64,000 bases of DNA from an uncultured bacterium (GTDB lineage Bacteria; Verrucomicrobiota; Verrucomicrobiia; Limisphaerales; UBA8199), in contig CAVVMW010000022.1 of NCBI GenBank assembly GCA_963749495.1, positions 448,001-512,000 on the forward strand. Reading direction: 5' to 3'. Position 1 is the stretch's first letter, and each line of letters begins with the position of its first letter. The position numbers and the translations under genes are program-made. Shown in pieces: positions 49,678-59,935 of the stretch. The notes under the pieces are model-generated. The model searched no databases and had not been told where the DNA came from. It worked only from the letters and a program-made list of their open reading frames with translations.

Positions 49678-50642
49678 GTTCGCACAGAAGCCAACGAAGG
49701 AAACGAAGAATGGTGGGACAACTCGGCGTACCGGCTTCTTTTTCCCAATCCCCTTCGTTCTCTTCGTTTCCTTCTGTGAAACCCGCCTTCACCCTGATCG
49801 AACTCCTTGTGGTCATCGCCATCATCGCCATCCTGGCTTCCTTCCTGTTGCCCACGCTCTCCAAGACCAAGACCCAGGCCCAAGGGATCGGATGCCTGAA
49901 CAACCTCAAGCAGATGACGCTGGCGTGGACGATGTATGCGCACGACCAAGACGACCGCGTGCCCATGAACATCGGCTACCTGGCCCAGGCCGATTGGGAA
50001 TCGTGGGTCCGGGGATGGTTGACCCTGGACTCTCCGGGTCTCCAACCTCCGGGGGGCGCGTCGCCCGGAGACAGCACCAACATCTCCTACCTGCTGCACA
50101 GCCCGCTCGCGGGTTACAGCGCCGTGCCCGGAATCTGGCGCTGTCCGGCGGACAAAAGCACCCGCACGCTCGGGGGCGCACGCCTGCCCCGCACACGGAG
50201 TTTCTCCATGGACGAACAACTCGGGGATTACAACCCCGATGGATCTCCGCGTGATACCCCTTGGGTGACGGACTGGATGCCCAGACTGGTGGTGAGAAAA
50301 ACCCCGGATTTCCGAAATCCAGGACCCGCCCAGTGTTTCGTTTTCCTCGATGAGCGCGAGGACTCGATCATGGACAGCCACTTCTTCCTCCATCCAGACG
50401 GATTTCGGGAGGCCAATCCGGCCTTGTACCGGCTGGTGGGCTACCCCGGCAGCTACCACAATGGCGCCGGGAGCCTCAGCTTTGCCGATGGCCACGCCGA
50501 ACCCCGCAAGTGGCTGGACCCGCGCACCAAGCCACGGTTGGTTCCGGACCATAATATTGTCGAGTCGGTTGACGGTGTCCCCTCTCCGAGCAACCCGGAC
50601 GTTGAATGGATCCAGCAGCGGACGTTCCAAAAAGGCGGCTGA
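49674..50642 (+). CDS. Prepilin-type N-terminal cleavage/methylation protein with H-X9-DG motif
   Basis: AFTLIELLVVIAIIAILASFLLP, CLNNLKQ, YHNGAGSLSFADGHAE; ATG overlaps kinase TGA. Confidence 0.93.
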   Translation: MSSHRSQRRKRRMVGQLGVPASFSQSPSFSSFPSVKPAFTLIELLVVIAIIAILASFLLPTLSKTKTQAQGIGCLNNLKQMTLAWTMYAHDQDDRVPMNIGYLAQADWESWVRGWLTLDSPGLQPPGGASPGDSTNISYLLHSPLAGYSAVPGIWRCPADKSTRTLGGARLPRTRSFSMDEQLGDYNPDGSPRDTPWVTDWMPRLVVRKTPDFRNPGPAQCFVFLDEREDSIMDSHFFLHPDGFREANPALYRLVGYPGSYHNGAGSLSFADGHAEPRKWLDPRTKPRLVPDHNIVESVDGVPSPSNPDVEWIQQRTFQKGG

Positions 50643-50711
50643 GCGAGGCCCCAGAGGGAAACAGAAGGTAACGAAGGAAACGCACAAGACTCTGAACGCT
50701 CGGGGTCCGGA

Positions 50712-50837
50712 GGCTCGCCGCTGAAACCCCTTCGTTTTCTTCGTTTCCTTCTGTGAAATCCTCCGGGTTTCGTGTTTCGGTTTTTTTGTCTGTTACCTCC
50801 GCCGGCATTTCCTGTGGTACCCCAGTGATGACCGTCT
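50712..50837 (+). repeat. 126-bp direct repeat copy A (REP half + ECF promoter copy 2 at 50791-50819)
   Basis: Near-identical to 51970-52095. Confidence 0.85.
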
Positions 50838-50982
50838 ATGCAGCCCCCCGGCCGGAACTCCGGCCTCAGGTCTGGAAGGCGGTCGACGACAGGTGGCGTC
50901 GGCGACGAAAAGTGCGCTTGCGAGCCGCCGAAAACGCCGCATAACAAAAAACAACAGCAAACCAAAAGAAAGGAACAGCAGT

Positions 50983-51636
50983 ATGAAGCGTAAGACATGG
51001 ACCGTAGCGCTCGTTGCGGTCGGAATCACCGTGGTCTCTCTGCCACTGTGGTCCGGCGATAGCAAATCCACCGGTGGCAAGGACTTGCCCCCCTCGGTTT
51101 GCGACATCACGGGAAGTTGGGTCATCAGTTCCCCGGCCGTTCCCGGGTTTTACAACAATCCATTGGTGGCCGGAGCAGTCGTGACTCCGATTGACCCGTC
51201 CGGCCAGCGGTTCGCGGCGGCGGCCAAGGCGATGAACGCCGAGCCAACCTTTGGCGGCCTGTTTCCAGATGCGGATAGCTGGGTCAACTTGCCTGGGATC
51301 TTCGTCCGGTCGGGCCCACGAACCTACCGGTACTCCCAGATCGGTTACGCTGTGAAATCGTCGTATCCGGACCGCGGGCAGATGCTGTACATGTGTGTCA
51401 TGAGCGGCACGGCCGAGTTCATTGATGAGGATACCGTCAAAGAGACCGGCACGGGCGCGGTTTACAGCGCCGTCAACCGGCCGGAACTCATCTTTCCGCC
51501 CCTGGGCATCAATGGCTTGCATAACCAGGACAGGGACCACGATGGCTTACCTGACCTGGGTGAAAAGCCGTTCTTGTGCGTGCCGTTCGACATGACCATG
51601 AAACGGTTTCCCTTGATGGCGCCCTGCGCGCTGTAA
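50983..51636 (+). CDS. Secreted hypothetical beta-rich protein
   Basis: GAAAGGA RBS; signal peptide MKRKTWTVALVAVGITVVSLPLWS. Confidence 0.75.
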   Translation: MKRKTWTVALVAVGITVVSLPLWSGDSKSTGGKDLPPSVCDITGSWVISSPAVPGFYNNPLVAGAVVTPIDPSGQRFAAAAKAMNAEPTFGGLFPDADSWVNLPGIFVRSGPRTYRYSQIGYAVKSSYPDRGQMLYMCVMSGTAEFIDEDTVKETGTGAVYSAVNRPELIFPPLGINGLHNQDRDHDGLPDLGEKPFLCVPFDMTMKRFPLMAPCAL

Positions 51637-51969
51637 TCGCGAAACCATTCCGTGCGGTGGCGCAAGGCCCCATCCGCGCTGACTGTGTCCCCTTGAAGAT
51701 CTCCATGACCTCCGAGCACTGGTGGCGCAGAGTCGTCGTCTGCCGTGTCGCGGATTGTCAATTCGCGACACAGCAGATTCCCGCCCGTGACGGCCGGCGG
51801 CTCAAGCAGACCCCCGAGGCCCATCGCGCCATCCCTAGGCGTGCAACTTCCACGCGGGCTGGGCGGCTCGCGTGGAAGTCAGCAGCTTGGACGCCGCTCA
51901 AGCCGGCGAGACGGAAGTGAATGGCCAGATCCTCCAAGCCAAAGGCGGCCCGATGTCCACGCCCCAATT

Positions 51970-52095
51970 GGCTCGCCGCTGAATCCCCTTCGTTCCCTTC
52001 GTTTCCTTCTGTGAAATCCTCCGGGTGTCGTGTTTCGGGTATTTTGTTTGTTACCTCCGCCGGCATTTCCTGTGGTACACCGCTGATGACCGTCT
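51970..52095 (+). repeat. 126-bp direct repeat copy B (ECF promoter copy 3 at 52049-52077)
   Basis: Near-identical to 50712-50837. Confidence 0.85.
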
Positions 52096-52161
52096 CTGTG
52101 TCGGCCACGCAACGATGATTGAAAGTCAAAACCAAAAACTTAATCCGCACGAAAGGATCCT

Positions 52162-52333
52162 ATGAGTGCAACGACGACGAGAAAGCACTTGGCAAACACC
52201 ATCCTGCAGCCGGCGGACGATCGGGTTCGCCGTCATCCTGGCCTGCTGCCTCTGCCACAACCCGCCATCCGCCCTGGCCGCCCCCGGCTCCTGGACCCGT
52301 AAAACGGGCATGCCCATGGCCTTCGACACCCAT
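52162..52333 (+). pseudogene. N-terminal stub of a secreted Kelch-repeat-like protein
   Basis: GAAAGGA RBS, signal peptide, GSWTRKTGMP; truncated at a REP fragment. Confidence 0.5.
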
Positions 52334-52443
52334 GCTGGTATGAGCCAGGCCTTTGGCCTGAAAGCCATCGCGATGCACCTCTGGCGGGGGTTCGGCGCCT
52401 TTTTGGCTTGATCGGGGGTGCTGGCGGCGTCCATTCTCGGCCC

Positions 52444-54537
52444 ATGGAGACGCGGCGAAGCGGGAAGCTGGTTTGGAGGGAGCGGATGGCAGTCGCGGTC
52501 CTGGTCTGCTTTTTCATCGTTGTGGTCCGGCACCTGTCCGGGCCGCCGACGAAGGTCGGGGAGCCGCGCTACTGGGGCAGGCCCTTGAGTTATTGGATCG
52601 AGGCCAGCAAGCTCCCCGACACACAAGGAGAGCGGGCGGAGAGGATCGTCCGCCGGGCCATCCCGCGGCTCTTGCGGTGGCTGCGCTCCGAGCCCCCGCG
52701 GATGAAGCACCCGCGCTTCCCGAGTTGCTCAATCGCCTGCTGGACAAACAAGGGCTCATCCAACTCCGCTTTAGAGAGCGGAGAAGCGCGTCAGAACCGG
52801 ATCGCCAGGGTGCCTGGGTGGTGGCGCACCAGTTCCTTTCCAGATTGGGTCCCGCGCGCAAAGAAGCGATACCAAAGCTGATTCATCTGCTTGGCGACAA
52901 AGATGAGGACACGGCCGCCTGGGCCGGCCGGACCCTCCAGGAGATCGGGCCGGAGTGCATTCCGGGGCTCCTCAAGGCCCTGTGCAGCTCTAACGAGCGG
53001 GCCAGGGCGCTGGCTGCCACCGCCTTGGGTGAGATCGGGCGAGAGCCCGAGACGGTCGTGCCGGCGCTCCGGCAAGCGATGAAGGGAGGCAGCGTGCGAG
53101 TGAGGTTCGCCGCCGCGGTGGCGCTGTCGCGATTTGGGGCGGGGGCGGACGAGTTGGCCGGCGCGCTCGTGGAAGGCATTAAAGGAGGCGATAACCAGAT
53201 GCGCGCGGAGGGTTTTTCGCGACTGATGTGGCTTTGTGAGTCGGACCGGCTTGCGGGCGAACTGACCCGGTTGACGGCGCCGCCAGTTGACGCTGAAGTC
53301 CAGCGGACAGCGCGGACCATACTCAAATGGGTTAAGCGAAGCTCGTCTGGCGAGCGGGCAGCGCCAAGCGCCCGCTTCCCGGGACCAGCCGGGCCGGGGA
53401 GTCCGGAGGTGTCCAAGGCCCTGGCGGCCTATCACGCGGAGTTGATGTTGTTCCGGGAGCGTTATGGCGGAGTGCGTGAACTGCCCGAGGTGCCGTTCTT
53501 CCTTTTTGGCATGGGCCATCGGACCAAGATGGTCTATTGCGAGGGCCGGCTGCTCGATGCGCGCTCGGGCTTTGTGCTGCGGCAATGGCAGGTCCGCTCC
53601 CAGGCCATCGTGCCGCCGGAATACAAGGTGGTGCTGGAGACCACGGATGGGGAGACGGTGACGCTGCTCGAGGACGGAGCGGGCGTGTGGGAGATGAGGG
53701 CAGGGGCTCTCGTCCGCGTTGCCAGGCACATTGCACCCGGTGAACCTGCCCAACTTCGCAGGGCTTCGCTACGCGCGGATCTTGCGGGTGCTCCACCAGG
53801 AACTGTTGTTCAACGTGACCGAGGCGGGCCCGGTGCCGAACCTGTTTGTGTATCCCAAACCCTGGTATCGCGATGGGGCGATGGTGGCCCTGGCGCTGCG
53901 GCAGACCGGGAACCTGGGCTTGCTGCACGACTGGCTCCTGGGCCTGGGCGAGCCGTACGACCGCAACAACGCGGGCGAGAGGGAGGCGGACAACCTAGGC
54001 CAGGCCCTGTTCCTGGTCTCGTTGGCAGGCGACAAGAGCCATCCCTTGGTGGGCAAGGTCCTGGCTGAGGCGCCGCGCTTCGAGGTGGCCGGGCCGGGCG
54101 GGAAGTACCTCCGGGGCCGCTCGGACTTCTCCGAGCACCCGGTCTATCAGACCAAGTGGTTCAAGTACGGGCTGGCCGCGCTGGGCCTGCCGGATGCTTA
54201 CGCGCTCCCAGCCGTCCCGGACACTTACTCCGCGCTCTTCTGGCTGGCCTATACGAACAGCTATGCCGGCGGCCCGGACGCCGATGACCGAGGTTCCTAT
54301 CCTTATCTCGGCTGGGCGTGCGATCATTTCCATCGCCTGGCCCGCAGCCCAATCAGCAACCGGGATTACCCGCTGACTTGGGAAAAGGACGCCAGCCAGG
54401 CGCGCTACGAGGGCATGAGGGTCATCGCCCCCATCTTCGCTCAGCAACGCCTGGCCGCCCCCCATACCTGGCACGCCGCCGAGGTGTTCCTCTACCTGCT
54501 CGACGAGCAAGGGGCGCTGCAAAGAAGTGTTCGTTAG
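52444..54537 (+). CDS. Membrane-anchored HEAT-repeat protein apparently fused to a six-hairpin glycosidase-like domain; frameshifts near 52715 and 53725
   Basis: TM + EPRYWGRPLSYW; HEAT repeats (AIPKLIHLLGD, AATALGEIG..VVPAL); C-terminal PWYRDGAM..READNLGQ..PHTWHAAE. Confidence 0.6.
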
Positions 54538-54574
54538 ACCGGCGGTTGAACCCAAAAGCCCAGCCAGGGGAAAC

Positions 54575-54655
54575 CTTTGTCGCGGCCTTTGTCGGAGCCT
54601 TTGTTGATTTGGGATCCCTCGACGAAGGCCGCGACAAAGGTTGCGACAAAGGCCG
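54575..54655. repeat. REP-like CTTTGTCG / CGACAAAG inverted array
   Basis: Three copies each way; related copies at ~63628-63650. Confidence 0.75.
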
Positions 54656-54681
54656 AGGTTTACTGCGCCGGGCCGGGCCGG

Positions 54682-55083
54682 CTACATAGGTCCGCTCGAC
54701 GTCCGGGTCCAGGAAGACCAGCACCTTTTTGCCGTCCACCTCGGCCAGGAAGCACTCCCTTTGGGGAATGAGGCCAGAAGTTCCTGGTCGGTCATGTAGC
54801 GCGCTCTGGGTGGCGTGCTGGGGACCGAGGAGGACCCGACTGCCATGAGGCTGGGGGCTGAATCGGCACGCCCCAACCAATGCACCGCGGCGATGAGCGC
54901 CGCCGCCAGCACCGCCGCGCAGGCCGTCCACCGCACCAGGCTGCGGATGCGACGGCGGGTTTGGAATGTCCTGAGCGCCTGGATTTTCAATCCGGCGCTG
55001 GCGCTCTCCCAGTTCTCATCGCGCAACACCGCGTCGAGCAACGGGTCATGTCTTTCCGGTGCAGGATGGCTGTTCATGCTCAT
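54682..55083 (-). CDS. Putative single-TM anti-sigma factor; frameshift near 54755, true 3' end uncertain
   Basis: Overlaps ECF stop; one TM helix; MTDQELLASFP..CFLAEVDG.KVLVF. Confidence 0.6.
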   Translation of the reverse strand: MSMNSHPAPERHDPLLDAVLRDENWESASAGLKIQALRTFQTRRRIRSLVRWTACAAVLAAALIAAVHWLGRADSAPSLMAVGSSSVPSTPPRARYMTDQELLASFPKGSASWPRWTAKRCWSSWTRTSSGPM

Positions 55084-55741
55084 GGCGCAAACTCCTCAAC
55101 AATCGTTCTTTGAGCTTCTGGCGCAACCGGCCCAGGCGGGATTCCAGGGCCTTGTAGCTCTGGCCGGAGGCCAGGGCCAGGTCCTGCAGCGGGCGCTCGT
55201 CCACATAAGCGGCTTGAACCAGTTCGCGCTCTTCGGGCGGCGGCGCCTCGAGGGCCTCGCGCAGAAGCTCGGAGAGCAGGCCCTCGGCAACGGGAGGCGC
55301 CGAGACTGCGGCGCTGTCGAACCCATCGGCCAATTGGTCGAGCGAGACCACGCGCCGCTGCCGCTGCCGGGCGCGGCAGTGGTCAATGAACGTGGTCTTG
55401 GCGACCCTGCTCAGCCAGGCCCACAACGCCGCTTCATGCGGACAAACCTCGAAGCGCTTGGCCAACTTGATAAACACCGCCTGGCACACCTCGCGGGCTT
55501 CGTTCTCGTCCCCGCGCGCCAGCACCAGCAGATAGCGGTAAAGCCGGAAACTAAACAGGTCGTAGAACCGGGAAAAGGCGGCGGCATCCCCGCGCCGGAT
55601 GGACAGCGTCAAGGCCCGGATGTCAGGCGCGCCGGGGGCGGCGGGGGAGGCTGCTGCGTCAGACGCGTCAGACGGGTCAGACCCGTCCGACAGGGGATCG
55701 GTCATGCTGGTGCTGAGGGCTGCGGCCTCGGGCGCGGGCAT
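55046..55741 (-). CDS. ECF sigma-70 factor (start uncertain)
   Basis: GDAAAFSRFYD...RLYRY, AREVCQAVF, WAWL, region 4 LA...G.SYKALESRLGRLR. Confidence 0.88.
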   Translation of the reverse strand: MPAPEAAALSTSMTDPLSDGSDPSDASDAAASPAAPGAPDIRALTLSIRRGDAAAFSRFYDLFSFRLYRYLLVLARGDENEAREVCQAVFIKLAKRFEVCPHEAALWAWLSRVAKTTFIDHCRARQRQRRVVSLDQLADGFDSAAVSAPPVAEGLLSELLREALEAPPPEERELVQAAYVDERPLQDLALASGQSYKALESRLGRLRQKLKERLLRSLRHEHEQPSCTGKT

Positions 55742-55752
55742 ATTCCGCTGTC

Positions 55753-56667
55753 CTATTTCTCGGGAGGCGTGGGGAGAAAAAGGTCTTTGTTTACCTGAAA
55801 GGCCGATACAATGGATTCCACGGCCTCGATGAACTCCTGTGGCCCGCGGACGAGGAGCAGCGCGGTGTCCTTGTGGAGGCTGAAATCCATGTCCTGGGCC
55901 CTGAGCACCACGGGAACCCTTGCGCCTTGGACCCGGGAGCCCGGACCTCCAGCGGGGGCATCGGCCATGGCCATGGCTCTGCGCCCGGCGGGCTCGCCCG
56001 CCGTTGACATCCCCACGAGGTCCTTGGCGACCCGCGCGATTTCGTCCAGGAGCTTATCCCAATACTGCGCTCGAATCGGCTTGAGCGGAAAGGCCTTCAC
56101 CTTGATTTCGAGCGAGGCAGAACTGGCTCCCGGAACAAACATCACGGCGGCCGGTTTCTCGAAATCGCCTTCGACCACCAGGCTGCCCAGTTCCCGCTTG
56201 ATGGAGCCGAGGTTGTTGTAGAGAGCGACCAGCGCCTCCAGCGAGCGCGCGGTCTCCCTGTCGCCGGCCTCCGCTCCGCCCCCGCCGCCCCCGCCACGGC
56301 CGCCACGCCTGCCGAAGCCGCCCCACCGCGGATTGTTGAGGATCGCCTCGATGGACTCTTTGTTGATCCGCAGGGCCGGAATTTGCACCGACCTCATCTC
56401 CTCGGGGATGCTGGTCACGTCGGACCACTGCACCCGGTAGTTCCGTTGCAGGGCGGCGAGGAATTCCTGGGGTGTGCCGCCAGGGAAGTAAAAGGCCGCG
56501 CGGTCCTTGCCGCGTTGGTCCGCCTTGTCGTTCGGAGCGGCGGCATTGGTCTGGGACGGCGGCGCACTGGATTCCTGCTGTGCCTGCGCGGGCGCGCCCG
56601 CTTGCAGCAAAAGCGAAAGCGACAGCGTGAGGATCATTCTTATTAGATCGGCCGGGTTCGAGTTCAT
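55753..56667 (-). CDS. Secreted hypothetical protein with Gly/Arg-rich linker
   Basis: Signal peptide ..LLLQAGAPAQAQQ; FYFPGGTPQEF; C-terminal LLLVRGPQE.IE.VE reminiscent of secretin N-domain repeats. Confidence 0.7.
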   Translation of the reverse strand: MNSNPADLIRMILTLSLSLLLQAGAPAQAQQESSAPPSQTNAAAPNDKADQRGKDRAAFYFPGGTPQEFLAALQRNYRVQWSDVTSIPEEMRSVQIPALRINKESIEAILNNPRWGGFGRRGGRGGGGGGGAEAGDRETARSLEALVALYNNLGSIKRELGSLVVEGDFEKPAAVMFVPGASSASLEIKVKAFPLKPIRAQYWDKLLDEIARVAKDLVGMSTAGEPAGRRAMAMADAPAGGPGSRVQGARVPVVLRAQDMDFSLHKDTALLLVRGPQEFIEAVESIVSAFQVNKDLFLPTPPEK

Positions 56668-56847
56668 ACGGCTTCAGGATGTTTCTATTGTGACTGATCT
56701 GCCGGAAAACGCCAAGGCGCAACCGCCCGTGTTTCCCGTCACCAGGAAAGACGATGGATGCCCCAGGAATCCCTCGAAGTTTCTTGGGGGGGGAGGACGG
56801 CAACGAGGGAAAACCACTGAGGGCTTGTTTGAGACGCCAACGGCGTC

Positions 56848-57026
56848 ACTCATACCAGCCCAGGGCAACGCCCTGGGGACACCGAGCGGTCTTCATTGTG
56901 CCGCAGGCCAACGGCCTGCCTCATAAGGATGAATCGCGCCTTCAGCGCTCGGAATGGCTTTTGGGCGGCGGTTCCCAGGGCGTTGCCCTGGGCTGGTATG
57001 AGTCAGGCCTTTGGCCTGAAAGTCAT
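56848..57026. repeat. REP-like inverted pair CATACCAGCCCAGGGCAACGCCCTGGG / CCCAGGGCGTTGCCCTGGGCTGGTATG
   Basis: Directly visible; tail also present at 52334-52368. Confidence 0.85.
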
Positions 57027-57189
57027 AGATACCATTAGATGCCCTCAATGAGGGCGGCGGAAGATTTGGGTAATGACAAGTCCCGCTGAGTGGGATTGGG
57101 CTATTCTCGCTTGTCCCTCCGGGACAACGCCCGACCACGTTGGCTCTGTTGGCGAGCACGTTCAACAGTGCCGAGATGGATCCCGATGG

Positions 57190-59793
57190 TCAAGGCAGCG
57201 CAGGCGACACGAGACGGAAGAAACGGTAGGGGGCCTCGAGCGTGGAGTTGGTGAGCGTCACGAGCCGGTCGGCGGGCAGGGCCGGAATGTCCAGCAGCCT
57301 GTTCCAGCCGGAGGCCAAGGGCAGCGCGTTCCACAGAAGGCCGTAGGAGTGGTTGGCAGCCGCCCCGAACTCGAGCACCACGGTATTCGGACCGGCCGTA
57401 ATGCGGCTAAACTCAAGATTGCTGGCAGGGACGAAGCCGGCCTCGACCAGGGCGCTCCATTGGGAGCCCTGGAGCACGCGGGCGCGGACCGTCGCCGGGC
57501 CGGTGAGAGTCAGCGCGCCCGCATAGAGCTGTGCGGCCGGGGCGGGCGTGTTCAGGCCGTAGAGGCGGGGGTCCGAGCCGTCGAGTGTGAAATAGATGGC
57601 GCCGGTGGAATTGGTGTGGCTGAGCACGAGGTCAAAGGGCGCCGGGATGGCCCCGCCGAATTGGCTGAAGGCGGGCGCTCCGACGCGCGGATAGAGGCCC
57701 GCGGCGAGGAACTGGCCGAGCACGATGGCGGTGCGCCGCGGCAGGTAAGTGCCCACGATATAATCGCGCTCGTGGCGCCAGGCCGCCTGGCTCTGGATGC
57801 TGAGGTTGCCGTTGCCCCAGCGGGCGGACTCGGCGAGGATCGAGGCCTCGACCGGGTCGGCAACCTGGTGGAAGCGAGTGATGAGCGCCTGGGGCGTGAG
57901 CAGCCCGCCGTTGAAAAAGAGCCTCTGGACCCGGTCGGCGAAGTCGAGTTTGTATTCGGAAAAGGTCTTGAGATCATGATGAGGCACCCCCACCCCGGCG
58001 TTGTCGCCATCGCGCGGGACGACCATGGTGAGCGAGGACTCGGCATCGTCCACGATGCCCTCGATGTCCCAGCAGTAGAACTTGAAGCCGGTGCTGTTGG
58101 CGGTGCGGTTGCGGCCCAGCCAGAAGTTCTTTTGGGGCCAGTCCCAATTTCCCCCCCAATAATTGAGGATCAGGTAATCGAGGTAGTCGAACTTGTCGAG
58201 ATAGACGGGGAACTGGGTGTTGCGGGTGCCGTCGGGGTTGTTGCCCTGGAGTTTCTGGTAGCCGGCGGTGCTGGCGGCTTGCGGGACCTGGCTCAGGAAG
58301 GTGTTCCAGGCCAGCAAATCACCGTGCCTGACCTCGCCTGCCTTGATTGCGTCCCAGTCATTGGGTTGGCCCCCCAGATAGGAGCAGGAGAAGTCGGCGT
58401 TGGGGCGTTCGGTGAGGTTGTAAAGGCCCCAATAGAGGCCGTTGATGTAAAGGTGGACGAACAAACCGCGGGCCGAGGGGTGCCCCATGGCCAGCAGGAG
58501 GCGGCGGCCGTATTCGTCGCGAACGTAGGTCGCCTTGCCGCTGCTGCCGCTGAGCCAGAACCAACTGTCGTTGAAACCCGCCCGCAGCACCACGGTGTGA
58601 AAGGTCGTTGCCGCATCAGGCTCGTGGAAGAGGTCGTATTTGAGGGTCCCTCCATATTCCTGCTTGAAGAGGAGGCGGAAGGACTTCTTGGGCTCACCGC
58701 GGCCCACCCCGCCCTGGATCCGCACCCCGCAATCCAACTGGAAGCCGGAAAGGCCGTTGGTATCGAGCCACTCGATTGAGGCCGGCCGCTCCCAGTTCGT
58801 CCCGTGGTTCTCGGGGTTGGAATAGATGCCTGCGCCTGGATCGAACAAGTTGGACATGCTGGTCGAGAGGAAAATCGACGGCAACGACCTCAAGGCAGCG
58901 AGCGTCTGCGGCCCGTTTGGGCCGGTGACCTTCGAGTCCATCGCATAGCTGGCCCCGCCGCCGCCGCCCCAATTGGCGGGGAAACCGGCATTGGTCGCGG
59001 CCTGCTGGGTCTGGGTCAGAACGTTGGTCAGGCAGACGTAGGTCTGGGTGGCGACAGGCGTGCCTCGATAGCCGGGCTTGGTGGCCAAAGCGCGCAGGAC
59101 GGTATTCCGCGTGATGGGGACCGGCCCGGCATAGACGATCCCGGTCGTGGGCGTGGGAGCGGCGCCATTGGTGGTAAAAAGAATCTCCGCCCCCTCCGTG
59201 TCCGTGGCCAGGGACACCGTCAGGGGCAGGCCGACAAAGCCCCGCGCGAGGCTGAATTGAACGTCATCCACCAGGCCGAGATAAGCGGTGGAGTTGTAGG
59301 CCCCGGGTGTCGGCCGTGTCAAATAGGCCTGCTCCCAACTCATCGTTGGGGTGTCGAAAGCGAGGCCGTAAGAAACGCCTGCGACCTGCCTGGGATACCC
59401 CGGCCAATACTGGTGGGCGATGGTCTGTCCGTCCGGTTCGACCAGGGCCAGGTAATCCCCTGCGGCGCTGAGCTTGAAATTCGTGTGCAACTGCGCGCCG
59501 GCAACAGCGCGGTCCTTGCCCGAGGCAAAGACGACCAGGAACTGGCCGGACGCAAGGTTCGTAGCGGGGAACGTCCACTTCGTCAGGTTCGCCGGCCTGT
59601 CAGTCAGGTGCCATCCGCCCAGGTTGACTGGAGCAGCGTTAGTGTTCCATATCTCGATCCAGTCCGGAGTGGTGCCGTCCTCGTCCTTCAATGTGCTGCC
59701 GCAGGCCATCAACTCGCTAATCACCACTTGGGCCGGGACAGGCCGGGCAACCAGGCTCAGGGCGAGCAGGGGCAGGATGCTTCTGAGTTTCAT
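57190..59793 (-). CDS. Secreted CotH kinase-family protein with lamin-tail and chitobiase/FN3-like domains
   Basis: VVISELMA..DEDG...DWIE..N (LTD); FTTNG..P; KKSFRL.FK, LRAGFND, NGLYWGLYNLTER, DWP.KN, WD.E (CotH). Confidence 0.92.
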   Translation of the reverse strand: MKLRSILPLLALSLVARPVPAQVVISELMACGSTLKDEDGTTPDWIEIWNTNAAPVNLGGWHLTDRPANLTKWTFPATNLASGQFLVVFASGKDRAVAGAQLHTNFKLSAAGDYLALVEPDGQTIAHQYWPGYPRQVAGVSYGLAFDTPTMSWEQAYLTRPTPGAYNSTAYLGLVDDVQFSLARGFVGLPLTVSLATDTEGAEILFTTNGAAPTPTTGIVYAGPVPITRNTVLRALATKPGYRGTPVATQTYVCLTNVLTQTQQAATNAGFPANWGGGGGASYAMDSKVTGPNGPQTLAALRSLPSIFLSTSMSNLFDPGAGIYSNPENHGTNWERPASIEWLDTNGLSGFQLDCGVRIQGGVGRGEPKKSFRLLFKQEYGGTLKYDLFHEPDAATTFHTVVLRAGFNDSWFWLSGSSGKATYVRDEYGRRLLLAMGHPSARGLFVHLYINGLYWGLYNLTERPNADFSCSYLGGQPNDWDAIKAGEVRHGDLLAWNTFLSQVPQAASTAGYQKLQGNNPDGTRNTQFPVYLDKFDYLDYLILNYWGGNWDWPQKNFWLGRNRTANSTGFKFYCWDIEGIVDDAESSLTMVVPRDGDNAGVGVPHHDLKTFSEYKLDFADRVQRLFFNGGLLTPQALITRFHQVADPVEASILAESARWGNGNLSIQSQAAWRHERDYIVGTYLPRRTAIVLGQFLAAGLYPRVGAPAFSQFGGAIPAPFDLVLSHTNSTGAIYFTLDGSDPRLYGLNTPAPAAQLYAGALTLTGPATVRARVLQGSQWSALVEAGFVPASNLEFSRITAGPNTVVLEFGAAANHSYGLLWNALPLASGWNRLLDIPALPADRLVTLTNSTLEAPYRFFRLVSPALP

Positions 59794-59935
59794 ATTCCGC
59801 CAGTGGGCCAAGGCCTCGCAGTGGGCCAAGGCCTCGAGTTCTGCCGGTGTTTCCCAACGCCGAGCCTACCAGGACTGGCCCCGGCCGGGAAGTGTGCGTT
59901 TGGGTGCCCACCCCCTGTGCCTTTCACAGCACAGT

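Noticed and set aside
4835..54755. Frameshifts in the permease, carB, Gfo/Idh/MocA, ADH, ECF sigma, HEAT protein and anti-sigma as programmed frameshifting or true pseudogenes
   Set aside because: Isolated small indels, mostly in short homopolymers, in otherwise undegraded genes of unrelated function; best explained by long-read error, though not provable without reads
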